This document shows, in pieces, positions 57,563 through 64,000 of a DNA stretch of 64,000 nucleotides. The notes below the pieces were generated by a model. That model saw only the letters and a program-made list of their open reading frames with translations. It made no database searches and was not told the DNA's origin. The position numbers were made by a program, and so were the translations under genes. How positions within the stretch are numbered: position 1 is the first letter of the stretch; every line of letters starts with the position of its first letter. The stretch lies in the NCBI GenBank assembly GCA_024405265.1, contig JAKSOZ010000005.1, positions 11,618 through 75,617 on the forward strand, read 5' to 3'. The DNA is from Kiritimatiellia bacterium. GTDB taxonomy: Bacteria > Verrucomicrobiota > Kiritimatiellia > RFP12 > UBA1067.

Positions 57563-58666
57563 TCATATTTTCTCGCCGCTTTCCACCGCAAAAAAGTTCT
57601 TGAGCGCCGCCAGAGCCACCTCTCTATCGAGTTCATCCGGCGCCATCTCTTCACCTATCGCTTTCGGAAGCACGAAAGATTTCTTACCGTTCGAAAGTTG
57701 CCACGCGTCGACGCCGGTGAGGATGGCATCGATTTGATTCATCAAATGACGGGAATGGAATAGGCCATCGAGAGAGCCCATCTCATTAAGCACCTTCTCG
57801 ACACGCGCGCGATCTTCCGCGCTTACCAAGGCGCGGCACTCCGAGATACGCAAATCCACCAAAACGCCGATAGCGAGCGAATATCCTCGCGGTAATTTAT
57901 AACCGCTGATTGCCTCGAGCCTAAGCGCCGCCCATTCGCCGAGCGAAGTCCCTCCGTTCGACAGACGGAGCGCGACCACCTCGCGGATAATCATCTCCAT
58001 AACTTTAAGATCTCTGGCCTTGAACGCTTCCGCGTTCGCCTCCAGTTTCTCCAAAAGCCCCGCGCTTTTGGCAACCGCGATTTGAATCGCCGCGCTAGCG
58101 CTTCCGCGCCAAACTCCGTCCAAAACCGTCTTCGAGAAGTCAGGTTGAATAAGAATCGCCGCGGTTTTCGACGATATCCGCAGCGCGTCCTTAACCCCCA
58201 ACAGATCCACTCTCCCATCACTCGCGAACGCCGCGTCCATCATCGCCGCCGGAGTCGTCGGCACTTTGATTATCGGAATTCCGCCGCGGACCTGCGAGGC
58301 CGCATAACTCGCCACGTCCAAAAGCGCACCTCCACCAATGGCGATGACGAAATCGTCCGCTCCGATTTGAGCCTCCAAAAAGGCCTTGATCATCAGATTC
58401 GCGGATTGAAGATTGTCGGCTTTGATCTTTTCCCCGCCAGAAATCATTACCGGAGCGGAAACCAATTTAATCGAATGACGATTGAAATATCGACCGATTT
58501 TAGAGCCGATACCTTCCGTCTGATGGACGAAGTTGGCATCCGCGACGATGACCACTCTCGGTTCTTCGTTCGACGTCAACGAGCGTAAGACATCGTTCAG
58601 AACATCATTCTCGCCGAACAAATCTTCGACGATCTCAACGCGACAAGGACAACAACTCTTCTGCAT
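57563..58666 (-). CDS. 3-dehydroquinate synthase-fold protein lacking the metal-binding residues
   Basis: GGEKIK, AIGGGALLD, VPTT and D are retained; the GHxxGHAxE and HGEA motifs are replaced by GEWAALRLE and RGYS. Confidence 0.75.
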   Translation of the reverse strand: MQKSCCPCRVEIVEDLFGENDVLNDVLRSLTSNEEPRVVIVADANFVHQTEGIGSKIGRYFNRHSIKLVSAPVMISGGEKIKADNLQSANLMIKAFLEAQIGADDFVIAIGGGALLDVASYAASQVRGGIPIIKVPTTPAAMMDAAFASDGRVDLLGVKDALRISSKTAAILIQPDFSKTVLDGVWRGSASAAIQIAVAKSAGLLEKLEANAEAFKARDLKVMEMIIREVVALRLSNGGTSLGEWAALRLEAISGYKLPRGYSLAIGVLVDLRISECRALVSAEDRARVEKVLNEMGSLDGLFHSRHLMNQIDAILTGVDAWQLSNGKKSFVLPKAIGEEMAPDELDREVALAALKNFFAVESGEKI

Positions 58667-60212
58667 GTTTTCTAACTACGCTCCCCATTCCACCCAACAT
58701 TCGGGTAATCTCTTTAACGCGGTTTTCACCGCTGACTTCCGAAATTCTCGACTTCGTGCGCCCACCTTCGACGCTCTTCGAGACCACGAAATGCTTCTCG
58801 CCGAAGACCGCGCTTTGAGGCAAGTGCGTAATCGTTATCACTTGGTGATGACGCGCGACCGATCGAAGCTTCTCCCCGACCACACGACCGACTTCTCCGC
58901 CGATATTGGCGTCAATCTCGTCGAAGACCAACGTTCCGACGCCATCATGTTCGGCTAGCGTCGCCTTAAGCGCCAACATCACGCGCGCGGTTTCGCCGGA
59001 CGACGCGATATCCGCTAGCGGTCGCGCCGCTTCTCCGGGATTCGGTTCGAACATATATATGACCTCGTCCGCGCCATGAGCCTGCGGATCGATCGCCTTG
59101 AGTTCGATGGAGAAACTCGCCTTCAAGAACCCGAGATCATGTAGCGCTGTCGTAACGGCGGAGCCGAGCTTCTTCGCAGCTTTCGCGCGCGCCTTGGTAA
59201 GCGAGGAAGCTTCCTTAGCCAATTTCGCCTTGGCTTCGACGATTTTCTCCCTTAACTCCTCGATTTTCTCGCCCTTATTCTCTATTCGCTCAAGCCGCTG
59301 GCGCTTCGCTTCGGCTTTTTCGATCAATTCCGCGACGCTGGCGGCGTTATATTTGCGCTTAAGCTTGTTGACGAGCGTAAGACGATGGTCGAGCTCTTCG
59401 AGACTTTCCTCGCCAGATTCGATCTTGCTCGCCGAATCCACTACCGCGCGCGAAAGCTCCTGCAATTCGATCGAGAGCTCCTCCGCTTTATTGATCCACG
59501 CTTCCGCTTCCGGGAAATGCTTGATAATCGCGCGCATCTGACGTTGGGCCTCGAAAAGCGAATCTCCTGCGCCTCTATCTCCGCCGAGAGCCTCGGTTAT
59601 CGAACGCGAAGCTTCAATAATTTCTCCCGCGTGAGCGGCGGCGGCATGACGCTCGGCGAGCGTCTCGTCGTCTTCGGTAAGTTCCGCGGCGTTAAGTTCA
59701 CTCGTTTGATAACGAAGCAAATCGAGCTCGTCTTCGCCTCCGTCGGATTCGAGCTCCGCCAATTCGGCATTAAGCTTCTGAAGCGCATCGTAGGCGGCGC
59801 CATATTCCTTTGTCTGAATCTCGCCATAAGAATCAAGACTCTTACGCTGAAAAGCCTCTTCCAAAATCGACTGGTTCGAGTGCGCGCCGTGAATATCGAC
59901 GAGCTTTTGCGCTAGAGCTTTGATATCCGCCATCGAAGCGGCCTCGTCATTGATCCAAGCTTTCGATCTACCATTAGAAGAAATAACGCGTCTGATCACG
60001 TATTCTCCGAAATCCGCCTCGATTTCGGCTTCTTTTTCTCCGTCGCGCACGACCGAGGAATCGGCTTTAGCTCCGGCGATAAGCGAAAGCGCACCCATAA
60101 AGACGCTTTTTCCGGCGCCTGTTTCGCCGGTTATAACGTTCAAACCGACGGAAAACTCCGCTTCGGACCTCTCGACGATAGCGAGATTGGAAACGCAAAG
60201 ACGACTGAGCAT
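58635..60212 (-). CDS. recN: DNA repair protein RecN
   Basis: MLSRLCVSNLAIV, ITGETGAGKS, ASSGETARVML, FDEIDANIGG, ITHLPQSA. Confidence 0.95.
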   Translation of the reverse strand: MLSRLCVSNLAIVERSEAEFSVGLNVITGETGAGKSVFMGALSLIAGAKADSSVVRDGEKEAEIEADFGEYVIRRVISSNGRSKAWINDEAASMADIKALAQKLVDIHGAHSNQSILEEAFQRKSLDSYGEIQTKEYGAAYDALQKLNAELAELESDGGEDELDLLRYQTSELNAAELTEDDETLAERHAAAAHAGEIIEASRSITEALGGDRGAGDSLFEAQRQMRAIIKHFPEAEAWINKAEELSIELQELSRAVVDSASKIESGEESLEELDHRLTLVNKLKRKYNAASVAELIEKAEAKRQRLERIENKGEKIEELREKIVEAKAKLAKEASSLTKARAKAAKKLGSAVTTALHDLGFLKASFSIELKAIDPQAHGADEVIYMFEPNPGEAARPLADIASSGETARVMLALKATLAEHDGVGTLVFDEIDANIGGEVGRVVGEKLRSVARHHQVITITHLPQSAVFGEKHFVVSKSVEGGRTKSRISEVSGENRVKEITRMLGGMGSVVRKHAEELLSLSR

Positions 60213-60217
60213 AAAAC

Positions 60218-60291
60218 TGGAGCGGGCGAAGGGAATCGAACCCTCGTGTGAAGCTTGGGAAGCTCCTATTCTGCCACTGAATTACGCCCGC
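60218..60291 (-). tRNA. tRNA-Gly(CCC)
   Basis: GCGGGCG acceptor, anticodon loop TT CCC AA, GGTTCGATTCC, encoded CCA. Confidence 0.96.
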
Positions 60292-60324
60292 GAGATAAAA
60301 TTACGAATTGCCGAGGTGAAAGTT

Positions 60325-60418
<94 letters not shown>

Positions 60419-60435
60419 ATGCACAGAATGAGAGT

Positions 60436-60465
60436 ATTATATCAAATCCCCCTCGCGAAAGTCAA
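60436..60465 (-). promoter_or_regulatory. Sigma70 promoter for tRNA-Ser/tRNA-Gly(/recN): TTGACT-18 nt-TATAAT
   Basis: Near-consensus -35 and extended -10 (TGATATAAT), 17 nt upstream of tRNA-Ser. Confidence 0.8.
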
Positions 60466-60491
60466 TGGGGGAAAAGGATTATTTTGAATCA

Positions 60492-60536
60492 CTTCCGGGG
60501 GACGGCAGCGTTTAGCTGTTGCGACGCGGAGGTGCT
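60492..60536. repeat. Circularly permuted copy of the 46-bp unit at 61865-61926
   Basis: CTTCCGGGGGACGGCAGCG and TAGCTGTTGCGACGCGGAGGTGCT occur at both sites in swapped order. Confidence 0.8.
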
Positions 60537-60747
60537 GAGGCAGCTGGGTTCGGTCTCGTCTCATCGGTCTTTTTACGGCTCTACGTAGAAGACAAGAGAG
60601 CGAGGTAAGAGCCTACCATGCCTCGGCACCTATCATTCGCTGCTTACAACAGCTCTCATTCGCCTAAAAAACCTCGTTCCTCACTCACCCACTCCTCATC
60701 CCCTCCGCTCTATACACATCCATGCGAAGCGGCTACTCACCACATCG

Positions 60748-61629
60748 CTAAAGCAGGCCGAGAATCGCCGAAGCGGGGAGTTCCATTTTCATGAGCGCGA
60801 AAAGCGCCGCGCCGGCGTCCTTGAGCGACGCGCCGACGTGCCAGACGGTATCGTCGATAATAAGAAAGCGGTCGTGCGACTTCTTATATCCCTTCAACTC
60901 AAGCGGCTTGGTCGGAAATTCGCGCTCGTAGTTTGCTAGCGCCGGCGCGAGACGCGGACTATTGGGCGAAAGCGTATAAACGAGGCAAGCGACGTTTTCG
61001 CCGCGATTGCCGAGGAGCAAAAGCGTTCGCTCGTCGATGTAATTATCGATCAGGACGATGCGCTTTTTAGCTGTCTTGACGATTCGCGTCAGTTCGACCT
61101 GGGCGTCCAGCATTTGCCCGTCGACGAACACCTTCTCCTTCGGCGGGAGCGACGAGCGGATAAAGTAGTCGACGTCTTTGCGAAGCTCGCTTAGCTTGGA
61201 ATCATGCTCCGCCAAGCGTCGGTCCATACGATTCTCAAGATATACAAGCCGATTATCTATCGTTCCGCAGCCTTGCATCCAATATTGTTGGATGATTTTA
61301 TTCGCCCATCTTCTAAATTGAATGCCGAGTTTAGAATTCACTCTAAATCCAACAGATATGATTCCTTCCAAGTTGTACATTCTCACTTTTCGAGAAACAT
61401 ATCGCGAGCCCTCTTTCCGAACTACCGAGAAATCCTCGGCAGTTGAATCTTCATCCAGCTCACCATCAGAAAAGATATTCCTTAAATGAAGACCAACGTT
61501 ATCTGCACTACAACCAAACAATATTGACATCTGTTTTTGCGATAGCCACACTGTCTGACCCGACACGCGAACCTCTATCCGCATGGTTTCATCCGGCTGA
61601 TAGACGACGATTTCGTTTCCCTCTTTCAT
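60748..61629 (-). CDS. RhuM-family (virulence RhuM-like) DNA-binding protein with C-terminal PLD-like domain
   Basis: EIVVYQP..VWLSQKQMSILF, IFSDGEL, YNLEGIISVGFRVNS..GIQFRRWA; C-terminal LIDNYID and HDRFLIIDD..GASLKD; SD aggagg before ATG 61629. Confidence 0.85.
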   Translation of the reverse strand: MKEGNEIVVYQPDETMRIEVRVSGQTVWLSQKQMSILFGCSADNVGLHLRNIFSDGELDEDSTAEDFSVVRKEGSRYVSRKVRMYNLEGIISVGFRVNSKLGIQFRRWANKIIQQYWMQGCGTIDNRLVYLENRMDRRLAEHDSKLSELRKDVDYFIRSSLPPKEKVFVDGQMLDAQVELTRIVKTAKKRIVLIDNYIDERTLLLLGNRGENVACLVYTLSPNSPRLAPALANYEREFPTKPLELKGYKKSHDRFLIIDDTVWHVGASLKDAGAALFALMKMELPASAILGLL

Positions 61630-61662
61630 ATGTATACCTCCTGTTGTTAAAAGCGTATACAT

Positions 61663-61849
61663 ATATTATCTCATATTTCGGAAAATCAAGTGTCACATTT
61701 GCGTCACATTTTTGTGACGCAAAAATCCGCTGCTTTTTGAGATCGACCTCGACTTCACCCCGATAAACATTGGGCGAAGTCGCGATTCGCGAAAGTTCAC
61801 TCAGGTTAACTATTCGTCTGACAAAAATCTTTTTTTGTGACGATGAGGT
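61663..61849 (-). promoter_or_regulatory. 187-bp non-coding module, copy 2, upstream of the RhuM-like gene
   Basis: Ungapped ~83% match to 16566-16752; hairpin TTTGCGTCACA-TTTT-TGTGACGCAAA; TGAGATAAT extended -10. Confidence 0.85.
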
Positions 61850-61864
61850 GCCTCCGTGGGACGA

Positions 61865-62101
61865 AGCGGTGAGTAGCTGTTGCGACGCGGAGGTGCTTCC
61901 GGGGGACGGCAGCGGTGAGTAGCTGTACTCGCTGAATCGTTTCACGATTCCCGGCAATGAAAGCAAGGTCGACATCGATTTCGCTACCTTTCATTTTCGC
62001 TTCTTAGCAAGCCTTACCCGCTTCGCTTGGCGAAAAAACGATAGTCGAAATCGGGTCGTTGCATGCTTTCCTTGCCGTCACTGTGTAGGCTACTCACCGC
62101 T
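61865..62101. repeat. Non-coding element bounded by 13-bp inverted repeats AGCGGTGAGTAGC (MITE/REP-like)
   Basis: AGCGGTGAGTAGC at 61865 and 61911 (+), inverted at 62089-62101; partial inverted copy at 60732-60741. Confidence 0.55.
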
Positions 62102-62184
62102 CCGTTCCCCTCCAGCCTGAACCGCCTTCGGCGGGGCGAATTCAAGCGCCGAGTCAATTGTATGGCACTTTCACCATACTTTTG

Positions 62185-63402
62185 TCAACCATCTGCAATA
62201 GAAAACTTATCGCGTCCTCGATCTAACAGCACCCAATATATCAAGCGAATAAGCGCAGGAGCATTAAGATGTGAAATTTCGCCCGAGAAATTCGTATAGA
62301 TGTATCCGGAACCAGACGGATCTTCTTTGTTATATTGCTCCATCAGCTTATTATATAGTTCGAGCTCTTTCTTGCTCCAATAGCTAGACGCATCCAATTT
62401 ATCGTGCGCCACAATCTTCAACCTAATGAATGCACGCCCCTCTTTCCTCGGCTCGCCGAGTTCTTTGACCTCTAGAGAAATCCGCTCATCATCGACTAGC
62501 TGCGAAAGGATACAGGCCTCAAATCTGGGCAAGTACCCAATACGGGCATTAAAGGTATCGTCCCAAACCGCAATTGCATTCTTGTCATACTGATTATCCG
62601 GCTCTCGCCGAAGGGAAAATCGATCTGTCGTCGAATAATTGACTTTGCTGTAATTGAGTCCGACGACCCAAATCCCGATCGTGCCTACATCCCAAGGTTC
62701 GCACCATGGTAAGTCCGCTTTAAAATCGGCGAGATTATCCTTGCGAATCCCCTTCGACGCTTCCAATTCCGCCAGTTCTTTCTCATAATGAGCAATATCC
62801 CGGATACCGCAGGCCCGACGTCTACGCGCATTTTTGCAACGTGCGAGAGAAAGCAGCCCTCTTAACATCTTAATCGCGCTCAAATCATATGATTCACGAT
62901 CATAAAAAAGATCATACTTCTCATTATAGCGTTCTATCGTCCAATGAACAAGATGCTGCGAAACATGACAGCGTTCATAACAAAATCCGTCGCATCGCGC
63001 ATCACCGCAACTACAGCCGAAAGCCGGGCACCCATCCGCAGGATTTTCATTCCCATAACCTATTGCCGTAAGGTATCGAACATCCGTGTATTTGAGCGTG
63101 GCTATCACCCCATCAATATACGCGGTTGCCAGTATAGGCTCATAATCATCCGTCCCATTGACGCGAAAAGTATAATTATCCTCTTTCCACTTGCGATTAC
63201 CTTTACGGCGCAAGCGAATGAATGGCCTATCACGAATAATTAAAGGGTCGTGTCGCCAATCATAGTCTTTATATTTAGCCGGCACCAAGTCAGGGTATCG
63301 CTCTCCCAATTCAACCCATTCCAAAGGAGAAAACTCATCTAGATGACGTTCAACGAACGCCCTTCCTCCGGCATTAACTAATTTTCCCCACAAGTCGAAC
63401 AT
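62185..63402 (-). CDS. HIRAN domain-containing protein
   Basis: C-terminal VVGLNY...SLRREPDNQYDKNAIAV...IGYLPR HIRAN motif; lower GC; uncharacterised N-terminus with a Cys cluster. Confidence 0.8.
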   Translation of the reverse strand: MFDLWGKLVNAGGRAFVERHLDEFSPLEWVELGERYPDLVPAKYKDYDWRHDPLIIRDRPFIRLRRKGNRKWKEDNYTFRVNGTDDYEPILATAYIDGVIATLKYTDVRYLTAIGYGNENPADGCPAFGCSCGDARCDGFCYERCHVSQHLVHWTIERYNEKYDLFYDRESYDLSAIKMLRGLLSLARCKNARRRRACGIRDIAHYEKELAELEASKGIRKDNLADFKADLPWCEPWDVGTIGIWVVGLNYSKVNYSTTDRFSLRREPDNQYDKNAIAVWDDTFNARIGYLPRFEACILSQLVDDERISLEVKELGEPRKEGRAFIRLKIVAHDKLDASSYWSKKELELYNKLMEQYNKEDPSGSGYIYTNFSGEISHLNAPALIRLIYWVLLDRGRDKFSIADG

Positions 63403-63415
63403 ATGTATTTACCAA

Positions 63416-63496
63416 TATGTCTATGCTTAGGCGACCACCGCCATGTTTGAGAACAGGGTTGGTCATCCACAGCATAGACATAAGTATATTATATCA
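63416..63496 (-). promoter_or_regulatory. Extended -10 (TGATATAAT, 63488-63496) followed by a 67-nt hairpin leader
   Basis: 12-bp perfect inverted repeat TATGTCTATGCT (63416-63427) / AGCATAGACATA (63471-63482) with further internal pairing. Confidence 0.6.
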
Positions 63497-63544
63497 GATT
63501 CTCGGCTATAATGCGAGTATCCCTTGCCAAATTACGTTACAAGT

Positions 63545-64000
63545 CTACTTATTCCCCTTTGCGCGGTTGTGGGTTTTGCAGAGCATTTGGCAATTCGAGA
63601 TATCGGTCGCACCGCCCTTCGACCAGGCGGTTACGTGGTCGGCGTCCATTTCATTGAATTTATAGATTCTGGTGCGATTTGCTGCGGGCCCGATGGCGCA
63701 GAGAGGGCAATTTGAGTGGCCATGCTCCTCCGCCTCTTTCGTTTGCCGCGCGTAAACCGGCTTCGTTTCCTTCGGCTCAAAGACGCGAAGCTCGAGTAAT
63801 CGCGGCTCGGTTTCTCCGCCCAAGATATATTCGAAGATTCCGCGGCGATTCTTGACGAATTCGTCGGCATAGAGCTCTTTCACTCTCGTCCAGACTTCCT
63901 CGGGTACGTAACCATTATTATGGTAAGCTTCGTAGAGTCGTCCCCACTCGAGTCCGCACATCTCGTCTTCCGTCCCATTAAATACGCCGTCCACCCAATC
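63545..64000 (-). CDS. HNH endonuclease family protein (probably DUF262/GmrSD-type; 5' part outside the window)
   Basis: CPLC...MDADHVTAWSKGGATDISNCQMLCKTHNRAKGNK; GLEWGRLY and GIFEYILGG resemble DUF262-HNH proteins. Confidence 0.85.
   Translation of the reverse strand, partial: DWVDGVFNGTEDEMCGLEWGRLYEAYHNNGYVPEEVWTRVKELYADEFVKNRRGIFEYILGGETEPRLLELRVFEPKETKPVYARQTKEAEEHGHSNCPLCAIGPAANRTRIYKFNEMDADHVTAWSKGGATDISNCQMLCKTHNRAKGNK

Noticed and set aside
57550-57654. N-terminal extensions given by the ORF track (bamA to 57654; also lpxD, scpB, ispE, rlmI, the giant protein and the LysM lipoprotein)
   Set aside because: They overlap upstream genes or precede clear signal peptides, SD sites or promoters; downstream starts fit better.
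63416-63482. Integron attC site
   Set aside because: Lacks the RYYYAAC/GTTRRRY core ends, and no integron integrase is present.

Overview
A 64-kb window from a diderm bacterium with moderately high GC. It carries lpxD-skp-bamA, an alpha2-type GlyRS and scpAB, and its gene style suggests PVC superphylum, Kiritimatiellia-like (inference, not tested). Almost all genes are on the minus strand in long, often translationally coupled runs. Housekeeping and metabolic genes are a GH20 hexosaminidase (runs off the left edge), nanA, panD, clpX/clpP/tig, a sugar-phosphate mutarotase, rlmI, iorA, ispE, an aminotransferase, GT2-GtrA, pheT, dus, GT8, ABC-F, purD, scpAB, uvrC, tatA, fucU, fabH, FkbH-like, a B12 radical SAM protein, glyQS, lpxD, skp, bamA and recN. 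RNA genes are three tRNAs (Gln-TTG, Gly-CCC, Ser-CGA) and a probable very short 6S RNA after pheT. There is also a 2.7k-aa secreted CotH-kinase/LTD/carbohydrate-binding protein. Two accessory regions stand out. (1) 15.4-18.2 kb: a Y1/REP-associated tyrosine transposase with an altered HUH motif, six GGGGACWGTCCCC-type palindromes (two inside its own CDS) and a 23-bp-period array of GGGKTATACCC palindromes. (2) 60.4-64 kb: RhuM-like, HIRAN-domain and HNH nuclease genes. These two regions share an ungapped 187-bp non-coding promoter/hairpin module and further short motifs, which is the most unusual signal in the window. No CRISPR array or rRNA was seen. All calls come from motif recognition by eye; no database searches were run.
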